Shown one piece after another: positions 29,801 to 39,187 of a DNA stretch of 64,000 nucleotides. A program made the position numbers and the translations under genes. The stretch comes from a virus. The notes under the pieces were generated by a model that worked only from the letters and a program-made list of their open reading frames with translations, searched no databases and was not told the DNA's origin. The first letter of the stretch is position 1. Every line of letters starts with the position of its first letter. The stretch lies in the IMG/VR virus record IMGVR_UViG_3300044988_000363, one strand, 5' to 3'.

Positions 29801-31046
29801 CAGAACCGTAAGAACCGTTTGCTGATATACCAGAGGAACCTAATACGATATTAGCATTAAAAGTGGTCACACCAGATAAAGTAAACGATCCAGTTGTATT
29901 AACAACATTATTTCCTAACTGAGCGTATGGTAAAGTTCCAGTAGTAATATTAGTTGCATCAGTATAATAAGAAGGCAAATTGCCACCAAAATATGAAGAA
30001 TTATTAGCCGTTCCAGTAAAAGAAGTAGAGTTTATAGAAACATTTACAGTGCTATTACCGACATATATTGGTAATCTTGTAAACGTGCCAGCATATCCAG
30101 TTTCTAAATATGAATTTCCTGTCCAACCGAATACAATACCTTCTAAATTTGAATTTGCTGCAATAATATCAAGAGAATTGTTTGTATAGTAATATTTTGT
30201 AGTGGCTCCTGTATTACGACCAATTTTCCAATTTTGGTCAGATGCTCCACCAAATAATATTGAACCCGTATTAGAAACGACAGAAATATTATTACCAGTA
30301 AACGCTACGTTTGACTGGAAAGTATGAATATTAGACCAAGTGAAATTATACCCAGTATTAACAGAAAGAGTTCCACTCGAAGTAATTGGCCCACCAGTCA
30401 AACCAGTTCCTGATCCAACACTAGTAACAGTACCCGTACCAGTAATAGTCGCCCAATAAGTAGCAGATCCATTAGAAGTTAAAATTTGACCGTTAGTACC
30501 AACACTACCATTTGAATATATGGGATTAAATCCTATATCAAGCGGAACGTTAATTCTAAAAGCCGATCCTTGACCAGAAATCGTATTAGCATATACATTA
30601 AAAATGGCTCTTTGACCGTTTGTAGTATTTGTAGAATAAAATACAAAGTTATCGTCACTCTGTTGTCTGAAACCAACATTAGCGCCGCCAGCCAAAGGAG
30701 TAAATGTTATACCCCTATCATTATATGTTATATTAATGTTATTGTTTGTATAAACACCAGAAGTGTTTGCAATAAATGCAGCTGATCCTACTTTAAAAGA
30801 AGCAGAATTAATAGAATTAGTAAAAATACCAGAAGAATTGGTAATAGAATTGGTTGCAACGGTTATTGAATTGGTAACATTGACTGTAGTATTATTGGCC
30901 CCAATTTCCCAAACGTTTGTTCCATCAGAAGAATATAATATTCTGTCAGTAAGATTAATAGCCTGTTCGCCAATGGCAATATCTGAAGTAGTTGGCTTTT
31001 TGCCTGCGACTGATGAACGACGCAGTTTGAAAACTGTATTTGCCAT
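26814..31046 (-). CDS. Long tail fibre/adhesin protein
   Basis: N-terminal KLRRS..GE.AIN domain, coiled-coil tandem repeats, C-terminal RWANVFTGDLHLSN..DGT.GNWTIQEGE domain. Confidence 0.8.
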   Translation of the reverse strand: MANTVFKLRRSSVAGKKPTTSDIAIGEQAINLTDRILYSSDGTNVWEIGANNTTVNVTNSITVATNSITNSSGIFTNSINSASFKVGSAAFIANTSGVYTNNNINITYNDRGITFTPLAGGANVGFRQQSDDNFVFYSTNTTNGQRAIFNVYANTISGQGSAFRINVPLDIGFNPIYSNGSVGTNGQILTSNGSATYWATITGTGTVTSVGSGTGLTGGPITSSGTLSVNTGYNFTWSNIHTFQSNVAFTGNNISVVSNTGSILFGGASDQNWKIGRNTGATTKYYYTNNSLDIIAANSNLEGIVFGWTGNSYLETGYAGTFTRLPIYVGNSTVNVSINSTSFTGTANNSSYFGGNLPSYYTDATNITTGTLPYAQLGNNVVNTTGSFTLSGVTTFNANIVLGSSGISANGSYGSVGQSLLSNGSATYWATAGATLNANNTDTQTFYIGLSNASSGAWTNAVVSTTKLYYVPSTGKLDASIVNAASHTVGTAFTANSTVVNAVSYYAGTTLIGNTTGPYGKTESNLNVNNALTSNTATYLGNSSATVANVSSWITGNAATAYSNAVSYVDGKSYVNTAQLSGNLSLYQTSAGLSGNVATLAANSATYLGNSSGTISNVASWITSNASAAYSNAVSYVDGLKLDSVTNTSITYIPVANTVKNAYDRAIDANTRAASAQSAATSAYSNAVSYTDSKIATANSAITGNAATAYSNAVSYVNGLKLDSVTNTSITYIPVANTVKNAYDRAIDANTRAASAQSAAVSAYSNAVSYVDGKIATANSAITGNAATAYTNAVSYVDGLKLDSVTNTSITYIPVANTVKNAYDRAIDANTRAASAQSAAVSAYSNAVSYVDGKIATANSAITGNAATAYSNAVSYVDGKIATANSAITGNAATAYSNSVSYTDGKIATANSAITGNAATAYSNATVFASNASNINTGTLAEARLPYRMDQNVRTTDNVSFSSLTLTGSLSISGNVNVIGSNTLSIVDNFIYLNSNNTVDNEDLGIVGNYNTTGNSLGYAHSGIFRDASDGIWKVFDGYKPEPDANVNIDTTNTTFQLANFQANTLYLGNTSTNWLVANIGGMYHTGTVNAASHTVGSSTIANSSGLYATTINAASHTVGTAFTANATVVNAVTYYVGSTLIGNSTGPYGKTEGSLNVNSALTSNNSTNLGGTAAASYQLNSTLNANIAAYLPVYTGVVNGSSHTVGTSLIANATGVYHTGTMNAASLTVGTSTIANSTGVYTGIINAASHTVGTAFTANATVVNAVSYYAGTTLIGNTTGPYGKTEGNLNVNSAVTVTTNTSTNTFTIGTGTYFVSNGNVGVGNTAPADKLVIGGNVMPGADNSYNLGSQSMRWANVFTGDLHLSNERTKGNDIDGTTGNWTIQEGETELFIINNKNGKKFKFKLEEVE
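26861..26868 (-). promoter_or_regulatory. T4-type late promoter
   Basis: TATAAATA inside the 3' end of the 1410-aa gene, upstream of the 919-aa gene. Confidence 0.55.
28270..29400. repeat. Tandem 240-bp (80-aa) repeats plus 78-bp (26-aa) subrepeats
   Basis: LKLDSVTNTSITYIPVANTVKNAYDRAIDANTRAASAQSAA x3 at 240-nt period; AYSNAVSYVDGKIATANSAITGNAAT repeated. Confidence 0.9.
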
Positions 31047-31063
31047 TCTAGGCTCTCCTGTAG

Positions 31064-31079
31064 CTCAGTATATACTGAG
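31064..31079. promoter_or_regulatory. Perfect 16-bp palindrome upstream of the long fibre RBS
   Basis: CTCAGTATATACTGAG. Confidence 0.5.
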
Positions 31080-31083
31080 AATA

Positions 31084-31605
31084 TTAAAATTCATCTGGAG
31101 GCAATGTTGCCTCTGTTTTTAGTTTTCTTTTATTTATTGGTAGTTTAGATTTAAGTGTTAAATTTTCTTGATGTAACTTATTTAATTCAGAAGTCTGACG
31201 ACGATATTCTTCTGCTAAATCTTCCAATCTTTTGATATCATCGAAATGTTTATCTTTGTAATCGTTATATTCTTGTGTTATTTTTATTCTTTCTTCTTTA
31301 CAATCATGCAAAGATCTTTTTAAATCTTCTATGGTTTTTGTATGTTCTATCTTTTTTTGCTCAAATATTTTTTTATCAATAGTAAGAGATTCTACGCCTT
31401 TGGCTGCCTGTTGCATCATTTCATTTTGAATCTCAACTTGTTTTTGAGATTCTTCATATTTTAATGAAAGATTTTTAACTGAAGCTGATAGTGCGGTAAC
31501 TCTAATTTCTAGATCTATGTTTTTACGCAGAAAATCCAGAAGCATATTTTCTTGCCTCTGGATAAACTGTTTTAAATAAATGTCTTGACCTTCATCATTT
31601 TCCAT
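31084..31605 (-). CDS. Hypothetical coiled-coil protein (possible fibre chaperone)
   Basis: 173 aa with heptad Leu/Glu/Lys pattern; AAGGA SD. Confidence 0.7.
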   Translation of the reverse strand: MENDEGQDIYLKQFIQRQENMLLDFLRKNIDLEIRVTALSASVKNLSLKYEESQKQVEIQNEMMQQAAKGVESLTIDKKIFEQKKIEHTKTIEDLKRSLHDCKEERIKITQEYNDYKDKHFDDIKRLEDLAEEYRRQTSELNKLHQENLTLKSKLPINKRKLKTEATLPPDEF

Positions 31606-31635
31606 AGTATAATTCCTTTGTCAACGAAAAATATA

Positions 31636-32382
31636 TCACTTCTTAATTCTTCCTCTGACGTAACCTTCCGGAATAGCTTCTTGTTTGTTAATTCTGGTGT
31701 TTGCTCTACCATTATTAATCCAAATAAGATTCGAAACAGCGCTACGGATTCTTTGTTTATCTTCTTCTGTTTTATTAACTCCTTTTTTCGGAGTTTTCTT
31801 CCATCTTTGTTTTAGAGAATTAATTCTTTTTTCAATTTGTTCTTCAGATTGTTTTTTACCTACTTTTATATTTATTTGAGTTTGTCTATATGTTGGATCT
31901 GTCCACAATTCTAAAGATTTTTGTCTTCTCATTTCTATTTGATCATTATCCTCAAATTGCTTTTTATTAGCTTCTCTCAATTTTTGTTTGGTTTCTTCTG
32001 ACCTTGTTTTGCCAATAGACCAATGACCCCAATTTTCGTGTTTCTTATGAGATAGTGATATCTTTTCGCCTACTGTTAATATTTTTTCTCCATCTGTTGT
32101 CCAATGACCATTAAGATGGTTTATTAAATTATAATATTTTTTCCCTAACTCTTCATCTTTTATAAAAGAAAGATACTTATATTCTTCTATCAATAACTGT
32201 TTTCTATCAAAAACCTTTTTAATAATCCTACGTTTAAAATCATGAGGTCTTCTTTTATAAGCGTCTCTCATCCAGTTCGAAGAACATTTATAACCATCAG
32301 TTTCGGTTCCCCAATGAGATCCAATATAATATCTTTTATGTTTTTTATCAAACCAAATATATACAAATCCATACTTTTCCAA
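31636..32382 (-). mobile_element. Free-standing GIY-YIG homing endonuclease (Seg-like) with NUMOD3-type repeats
   Basis: GFVYIW...YYIGSH, YYNL, GKTRSEETKQKLREA-type repeats, WINNG..PEGYVRGR; likely TTG start at 32382 after AGGAG SD. Confidence 0.88.
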
Positions 32383-32387
32383 TTTAT

Positions 32388-32422
32388 TACTCCTATGAAT
32401 TGTTCCCATAGGAGTATTTAGT
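32388..32422 (-). promoter_or_regulatory. SD-sequestering hairpin overlapped by a late promoter
   Basis: TACTCCTATG-9 nt-CATAGGAGTA perfect 10-bp stem containing AGGAG; ACTAAATA at 32415-32422 overlaps the 5' arm. Confidence 0.8.
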
Positions 32423-32435
32423 AAAAAGTATAGTG

Positions 32436-34289
32436 CTAAAAACTGCCACCATCCAATATATCATAGACTAAAGCTGTTCCGTTAGACTGCAGAACATATC
32501 CGCTAGTGCCAAGTGTTAATTCGTTATATCCATTGGTTGAGTTACCTACCAATAATGCATTATTAGTTACTGTTGCCTTTCCAGTACCACCGGAAGTTCC
32601 TGCAAGAGCAGTGGCAAGAGTAAGAGTATTAGCAACAATGCCAACAGAATATGTAGAATTGGCTGTTAAATTAGCTGATGTTGTATTAGTGGTAAGAGCA
32701 CCGGAAGCTAGATATGCGACAAGAGTTGCTGTTCTATATGATGCATCGTTAGTATCTACATCATTGTTACCAGATAGTTCTTGTTCTAGATTAAAGAATA
32801 GCTTCCATAATCCATCAGTATGATCCCTAAATAAACCAGTATGACGGTTTGCACCATCATTGTAGTTTGCAGCAAAACCAATATCGACTAAATCGCTGGA
32901 ATAATTGTTACCAGCAAGGTATATCATTGGGTCAGAAACAATAACTGATTGAACATTTTGAGTTACTAGATTGCCAGTAACAGTTAGAGTTCCTGCAACA
33001 CTGACATTTGAGCCAAATGAAGCTCCATCTGTGGTACTAATGTGATTAACATATATATTGGCCCAACGTAAAGAGTTCGAACCCAAATCATAGCTATTGT
33101 TTGTGGTTGGGATAATAGCTGTGTCGATACGAGCATTAAATGTTACTTTGTCAGAAGTTGCATCACCAAGAGTTGTATTACCATTAACTGATAAGTCAGT
33201 GGTAACGACATTTGCGAATGTTACGTTAGAAGTTGTAGCTACCGGCTGTCCGATGAAAACACCAGTGGCATTAACGGTAACACCAGTGTTGCCAACAACG
33301 TTAATACCGGAAGAGTCAACGCTGATACCATTAGCAGCCTTTGCCCATGTACCAGAAGTATTAGAAACAATACCATTATTAGCTAAAACGCCAACACCAG
33401 AAGCATCGACATAAACACCATTAGCAGGGTCAACGTAAGTACCAGTAGTGTTAGCAATAATACCGTTGTTAGGAAGAACGCTTACGGCTGTTGCATTAAC
33501 CGAAATACCAATACCAGCACCGACATCAATAGTGATATCGCCTACGCTACCACCACCATTTAGACCGTCTCCAGCAGTGATGCTCGAAATATCACCAACG
33601 TCGTCTGCCCAATATGTGCTAGAACCGTTTGTTCTAAGAACCTGATTGGCTGTACCAAGAGAACCATTAACAGAAAGACCAACACCTGTTCCGATAGTGA
33701 CTTGAGTAACATTTGCTTTAAAATTAGAACCAACACTAATTGTAGCGCCATTAACTGTGCCTGTAGCGAAAACTCCAATAGAATTAGCAACTACATCAGT
33801 TCCAACAGTATGAGAAGCAGCATTAACAGTTGTTCCAAATAAATTGTTGGTGGTAATAGTATTACCGATTGCAAGCGTGTTAGAAGTTTTGACAAATGTA
33901 AACCCAGCAACACCATTAGCTACGCCAGAATCATTGAACTGAACATAAGTGTTTGATCCAGAGGTACCTGTACCCCAATAAACGCCGCCTGAAGAATTAA
34001 CAACTAGAACCTGCCCATTTGAACCGGCAGATCCATTTGCGACCAAAGATGTAATTACCGCATTGGCAACAATAACTTTATCAATACCGCTTGTAGAGTT
34101 GGCTACAAGGGCATGATTAGCAGTCAGAGTACCAGGATACTGAGCGCCACCAACACGAAGGACACCCGACCCGTCTGGAAGACCAATATAAAGCGTATTA
34201 GAGGCTTGAGTAAAGGCTAATTCGCCGTTTGATAGTCCAGTAACTGTAGCGTTGGACGTAGATCTTTTAATCTGAATCTTATTGGCCAT
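32436..34289 (-). CDS. Tail fibre/virion structural protein
   Basis: N-terminal IQIKRS..GELAF domain, beta-rich shaft, ends DGGSF. Confidence 0.75.
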   Translation of the reverse strand: MANKIQIKRSTSNATVTGLSNGELAFTQASNTLYIGLPDGSGVLRVGGAQYPGTLTANHALVANSTSGIDKVIVANAVITSLVANGSAGSNGQVLVVNSSGGVYWGTGTSGSNTYVQFNDSGVANGVAGFTFVKTSNTLAIGNTITTNNLFGTTVNAASHTVGTDVVANSIGVFATGTVNGATISVGSNFKANVTQVTIGTGVGLSVNGSLGTANQVLRTNGSSTYWADDVGDISSITAGDGLNGGGSVGDITIDVGAGIGISVNATAVSVLPNNGIIANTTGTYVDPANGVYVDASGVGVLANNGIVSNTSGTWAKAANGISVDSSGINVVGNTGVTVNATGVFIGQPVATTSNVTFANVVTTDLSVNGNTTLGDATSDKVTFNARIDTAIIPTTNNSYDLGSNSLRWANIYVNHISTTDGASFGSNVSVAGTLTVTGNLVTQNVQSVIVSDPMIYLAGNNYSSDLVDIGFAANYNDGANRHTGLFRDHTDGLWKLFFNLEQELSGNNDVDTNDASYRTATLVAYLASGALTTNTTSANLTANSTYSVGIVANTLTLATALAGTSGGTGKATVTNNALLVGNSTNGYNELTLGTSGYVLQSNGTALVYDILDGGSF

Positions 34290-34318
34290 ATTAAATGGTG
34301 CTCCTGTGAATTTTTATA

Positions 34319-34326
34319 TATTTATA
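34319..34326 (-). promoter_or_regulatory. T4-type late promoter
   Basis: TATAAATA upstream of the 617-aa gene. Confidence 0.75.
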
Positions 34327-34328
34327 AA

Positions 34329-34607
34329 TTAAAAGCTTCCACCATCTAGATCGCCAACAACATCAGTACCAAGATCAAGTTTCTTTATGATATATTTGTC
34401 TGTTACAGAATCATAAACAGGAACAGCGCCTGTAGTTTCATCTACTGAATAAACGTCTTTTAGACTGTCTAATCTTTCTATCCCTGTACTTATTGTAGGT
34501 GTATTTTTAAGAGTAACAGGCGAAGAGGTCTCCAAAACCCCAGCTGTTCCATTAGCTGAAACACGAATAGTTCTCTTTCTACCTACTACTACATTAGTTA
34601 TAGTCAT
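34329..34607 (-). CDS. Small virion protein
   Basis: LDSLKDV...GAVPVYD motif; ends LDGGSF. Confidence 0.65.
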   Translation of the reverse strand: MTITNVVVGRKRTIRVSANGTAGVLETSSPVTLKNTPTISTGIERLDSLKDVYSVDETTGAVPVYDSVTDKYIIKKLDLGTDVVGDLDGGSF

Positions 34608-34609
34608 TT

Positions 34610-34936
34610 TTATCTCGTAACATTAGGTGTAACTGTGATAATCCCTTCAACTACACGTGAAATAGTAGTGCCGTCAGATATTTCCACGTCGTATACGTAT
34701 CTACCAGCCACAAGATTTGCTGTCTGAGCATTTGTTAATGACAAAGTAATAACTCCAACACTAGTATTAACTGCAGTTGTAAAGGCCACATAATTTGTCG
34801 AAGTATACCATTTTCTTAGCTGAGAATTGGCTGTATATCCAACAAGATTCAACATATCGCCGTTTTCGTCGGTTAATGTTAGATCTGTTGAAAAATTGGT
34901 GCCTTGATCTATAACTAAGTTAGCTTTTGTTGCCAT
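34610..34936 (-). CDS. Ig-like virion adaptor protein (BppU N-terminal-like)
   Basis: NLVIDQG.F, GRYVYDVEI, RVVEGIITVTP. Confidence 0.65.
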   Translation of the reverse strand: MATKANLVIDQGTNFSTDLTLTDENGDMLNLVGYTANSQLRKWYTSTNYVAFTTAVNTSVGVITLSLTNAQTANLVAGRYVYDVEISDGTTISRVVEGIITVTPNVTR

Positions 34937-37900
34937 TAGACTACCGTTCTAGTATACTTAACTGTTGTTGCTGATAATGCTGGTGTAAACTGTAGTATAA
35001 TATGTGTAGAATTTTGAGTCGCTGAAAATACACCAACGTTACTATTTGAAGTGATAGATGCATACTCAGTAATCTGAGAAGCTGAACCATCGTGCATAAC
35101 GAGAACTTTAGACACATATTTATTATTAGCAACATTATCTGAAACGCTGATGAGATATTCTGAACCTAGATATGAACCAATCAAGAAGCTGTCGATATTC
35201 TGAGCAGTTGTTCCAGAAGTTGTAACAGATCCGTTTGAGACATTTACTAGAGATTGAATATATGTAGAGTTAGCAAACACACCAGATGAGTTAGAAATAA
35301 TACCAGTGTTAGCTAATACGGCTAGAGATCTTGTTGAAGATATATCTCCACCACCACTCAGACCATTTCCTGCTGTAATAGAAACTGCAGTATGATCAAT
35401 ATGTCTATTAACTGCATAGTTGCTAAGGCTATTATGGTCAATCTTAGTTTGATCGATCCATAGACCAGTTGTATTAGAAATTAACTGATTGTTGCCAGCA
35501 AGAACATTAATGCCAGAAGATGTGACTGAAATACCGTTGGCGGCTGCTGCAGCGATAGCATCAGCAGAAACTGAAATACCATTACCTTGGCCAATATCGA
35601 ATGTTCTAGAGGCTGCTATAGTTCCGCCGCCAGTAAGACCATTACCAGCAGTTAATGTTACTGTGGTGTGATCAATATGTTCGTTACCAACGAAGTTTGC
35701 TAGCGAATCGTGGTTTATTGTTCCCTGAGTTGCAGTTAGAACAGTACCATATAGGCTGTTAGCAGTTATTGTAGAACTTACAGTTGAATTTGCTGTAATA
35801 TTAACAACAGTAGAATTTGCTACGAAAGCGCCACCAGTTCCATAAGGAACGAGATATGCTTGAAGAGTTCCTGTTCCTGAATTTGCAGAAGTGTCAACTG
35901 TTGTAGCTGTATTTGGGTTGGTGTTAGAAACAAACAACCAGAAATAAGGATTGCTGTTTGAAGACTTAGCAGCTTGACGAACTAAACCTGAATACCAAAT
36001 TTTGCTAGTATTACCAGCTGGTGAATACCAGCCAATATCAACAGTATCAGTTGTTATATTATTATCAGCTAGTTCAATGATATTGTCATTTACCATTAAT
36101 GTGGCAGTATTTACAGAAACAACTGTTCCGCCAACAACTAGGTTGCCACTAAATGTAGCATTTCTAAGACTGATATCAGCGCCAGAACCACTTAGAGTGG
36201 TACCAATACCCAATACAACATTAGAGTTAAGAGTTGTTGTTGTAGCAGTAACTGTTAAATTAGAACTGATACTTGTATTGGTTCCGGATATTACTAGATT
36301 AGCACCAGTGTGACTGATGTTAGAAGCAATAGTAAAATTAGCGCCATTTACAATAAGATTAGATGAAACTACAGTATTTGGCGAAGCAATAAGAGTATTA
36401 CCGCCAGCAACATTCAAACTAGCACCAAATAGACCCCATCTATTTGTTGCATTACCTAGATTATAACCGTTACCCTGAGGAATGATATTTCCTGCAGCAT
36501 TACCAGTATAACTCAAAGTACCGCTTACAGACAAATCGCCAGTAACTTCAAGCAAACCATCAACGATAGTTTTGTAAGTAGAATTACCAGATCCGAATAT
36601 AGTGTTACCATTAATTACAGTGTCACCATCTACTCTTAGTTTTGTAACTGGTGATGAATTACCAATACCAATATTACCATTGGCAATAATATAAGCTGCA
36701 GTTCCAAAAGTAGATGTATTTGTTTGAACATTTAGTGCATAAACATTTGCTAATGTAGAATTAGCAGTAAATCTTGTTGTAGAAAGAGTAGCAGCATTAA
36801 CAGTTCCAGTAGCATAAACACCGGAAGTGTTTGCATTTGTATTACCAAGAGCATCTGTAACTGATAGTAAAGTGCTTGAAACTGAAGCATTTACTGAAGA
36901 ATTACCTACAAACAATGAAGAACTATTTGCAATTACGTTAGCGCCAACAGAAACAGCAATAGTGTTTACTGTAGAAATACCAGCATTCAAACCTATAGGA
37001 GATATATTGGCTGTAGCTGAACTATTTGCTATCTTCAACAAAGAAGAATTGGCCACAGCATTTACTGTTGAATTGCCAACAGTAAACCCACTAGTGGTTA
37101 CTGAGACGTTTGCGCCAGCATTGAAGAATCCGTTGGATATTGCTGATAGACCTATAGTCAAGCTTGATGAGTTTAAGTTAGCTGATCCTGAAGAATTAGC
37201 TAATTGCAATAATGTTGAAGTAAGAACAGAGTTTGTGCTTGAATTGCCTACATAAACCGCAGTAGTATTAGCAATTACGTTAGCTCCGGCTGCAATAACA
37301 GTAGAGTTAACCACTGAAGTGCCAATTCTAAGGTCTATAGGAGTTAGATTGGAAGTTCCTGTTGAATTGGCTACCTGAATTAAAGTAGAATTACTGATAG
37401 AATTGACAGTAGAATTACCAACAAAATATGTTGAAGAATTTACAACAACATTAGCGCCAACAGTAATAATAGTATTTGATAGAGTAGAAATACCAATAGC
37501 TATTGATGTTGGAGTTAAATTAGCAATACCACTAGAATTGGAAACTTGATGTAGAGTTGAATTTGATACGCTATTTACACTAGAATTACCTACGAAAAAT
37601 GTAGTAGTGTTTACTGTGACATTAGCACCAACAGTAACATTAGTGTTTGATACAGTAGAAACTCCAATAGCAAGACTTGTTGGAATTAAATTAGCTGTGC
37701 CTGAAGAATTTGCTACTTGAATTAAAGTGGAATTACTAATAGAATTTACTGAAGAATTACCAACAAAATATGTTGTAGCATTAACAATTACGTTTGCTCC
37801 AACCAATACTGAAGTATTGTTGAGTTCTGAAATACCAATTTTAATTGATGTAGGATTTAAGTTTGCTATTCCGGAACTATTAGCAATTTTTAGTAGAGAA

Positions 37901-39186
37901 GAATTTGCAACAGTGTTAACAGATGAATTACCAATAGTAACAACTGAAGTGTTAACAACTACATTAGATCCAACAGTAATAGCAGAAGTATTAGCTACTA
38001 ATCCACCGGCGCCAGTTGTGATAATTGTGCTGTTAACAAGAGAAGTACCTATTGTAAGGTTTACTGGTGTTAGATTTGCAGTCCCAGAAGAATTAGACAT
38101 CTGAGTCATTGTAGAATTCACAGTAGCATTTACTGAAGAATTACCTACAAACAACGTTGAAGAATTTGCAATAACGTTTGAACCAATTAATACTGAAGTA
38201 TTGTTAAGAACAGAGATACCTATAGAAACGGCTGTAGGAGTAAGATTAGCAATTCCTGTGCTGTTTGCAATCTTCAATAAAGAAGAATTTGCAGCTGTAT
38301 TTACAGTCGAATTACCAATGGTAGCAACTGAAGTGTTAACAACTACGTTTGAACCTACTGTTATAGCGGTAGTGTTTGCGACCAAACCGCCAGCGCCAGT
38401 TGTAATGATTGTGCTATTGACGATTGAAGTGCCAATCTTAAGATCAACAGGAGTTAGATTAGCTGTGCCAGAAGAATTTGACATCTGAACCATTGTCGAG
38501 TTGACAGTGGAGTTAACAGATGAATTTCCGACCAATAAAGTCGAAGTGTTCGCATAAACGTTCGCACCAATAACAATGGTGGAAGAATTTATTACGGGAG
38601 TCCCAGTAACTGTTGGGAACGACATCGATGTGCTGTTGACTACTACGTTTCCAATAGTTAATGAATTGTATGTTAAATTGGAATTAACATTATTATTTGA
38701 AACTTTGAAATTAGCAGAAGTTAAAACAGTGTTAACAATGTCATTGCTCTGAATATAAATGGTAGCTTTATTTAAAACAAGATTACCATTGATATCGCCA
38801 ACATATAAAGCTGAAGTGTTGATAGCAACATTATCATTAACTAAAACATTATTAGCTCTAATAGAAGATGGCGTTATGTATGTATTACAAGTATTATTAC
38901 CCAAGGTAAGGGCTGTAGTATTTGTTACGAAATAGTGATCTTGGCTAGCAGTGTTAATTGTAGAAACATTAACAGTAATAACACTGTTAGTATAAACGTT
39001 AGCAGCTGTTAAACTATTTGCAGAAAATCTACCAGAAATTGCAGCATTACCAGCAGTTTGAGCAGAAGCTAAATTTGCTGTCGTTGTAATTACACAATTC
39101 GACATTAACGTTGCAAGTTCGTTTGTTCTGCCACGCCAATATTCGAATGTGTTATTTAATTCCGTATTTGCTACATTAATTGTCAT
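34936..39186 (-). CDS. Large fibre/spike protein with ~48-aa Asn/Ser/Thr-rich repeats
   Basis: NTFEYWR..TNE N-terminus; many GNSSVNS..NSTL..ANSSGTANLTP repeats; C-terminal IDSF..EYL..HDG..TEY domain. Confidence 0.8.
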   Translation of the reverse strand: MTINVANTELNNTFEYWRGRTNELATLMSNCVITTTANLASAQTAGNAAISGRFSANSLTAANVYTNSVITVNVSTINTASQDHYFVTNTTALTLGNNTCNTYITPSSIRANNVLVNDNVAINTSALYVGDINGNLVLNKATIYIQSNDIVNTVLTSANFKVSNNNVNSNLTYNSLTIGNVVVNSTSMSFPTVTGTPVINSSTIVIGANVYANTSTLLVGNSSVNSTVNSTMVQMSNSSGTANLTPVDLKIGTSIVNSTIITTGAGGLVANTTAITVGSNVVVNTSVATIGNSTVNTAANSSLLKIANSTGIANLTPTAVSIGISVLNNTSVLIGSNVIANSSTLFVGNSSVNATVNSTMTQMSNSSGTANLTPVNLTIGTSLVNSTIITTGAGGLVANTSAITVGSNVVVNTSVVTIGNSSVNTVANSSLLKIANSSGIANLNPTSIKIGISELNNTSVLVGANVIVNATTYFVGNSSVNSISNSTLIQVANSSGTANLIPTSLAIGVSTVSNTNVTVGANVTVNTTTFFVGNSSVNSVSNSTLHQVSNSSGIANLTPTSIAIGISTLSNTIITVGANVVVNSSTYFVGNSTVNSISNSTLIQVANSTGTSNLTPIDLRIGTSVVNSTVIAAGANVIANTTAVYVGNSSTNSVLTSTLLQLANSSGSANLNSSSLTIGLSAISNGFFNAGANVSVTTSGFTVGNSTVNAVANSSLLKIANSSATANISPIGLNAGISTVNTIAVSVGANVIANSSSLFVGNSSVNASVSSTLLSVTDALGNTNANTSGVYATGTVNAATLSTTRFTANSTLANVYALNVQTNTSTFGTAAYIIANGNIGIGNSSPVTKLRVDGDTVINGNTIFGSGNSTYKTIVDGLLEVTGDLSVSGTLSYTGNAAGNIIPQGNGYNLGNATNRWGLFGASLNVAGGNTLIASPNTVVSSNLIVNGANFTIASNISHTGANLVISGTNTSISSNLTVTATTTTLNSNVVLGIGTTLSGSGADISLRNATFSGNLVVGGTVVSVNTATLMVNDNIIELADNNITTDTVDIGWYSPAGNTSKIWYSGLVRQAAKSSNSNPYFWLFVSNTNPNTATTVDTSANSGTGTLQAYLVPYGTGGAFVANSTVVNITANSTVSSTITANSLYGTVLTATQGTINHDSLANFVGNEHIDHTTVTLTAGNGLTGGGTIAASRTFDIGQGNGISVSADAIAAAAANGISVTSSGINVLAGNNQLISNTTGLWIDQTKIDHNSLSNYAVNRHIDHTAVSITAGNGLSGGGDISSTRSLAVLANTGIISNSSGVFANSTYIQSLVNVSNGSVTTSGTTAQNIDSFLIGSYLGSEYLISVSDNVANNKYVSKVLVMHDGSASQITEYASITSNSNVGVFSATQNSTHIILQFTPALSATTVKYTRTVV

Positions 39187-39187
39187 T

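Noticed and set aside
31606-31624. TTGACA...TATACT promoter on the minus strand
   Set aside because: Spacer is only 7 nt; the AAGGA is the SD of the 173-aa gene
31606-32435. Group I intron around the GIY-YIG gene
   Set aside because: Flanking genes are complete and the gaps (~30-50 nt) are too short for a ribozyme core
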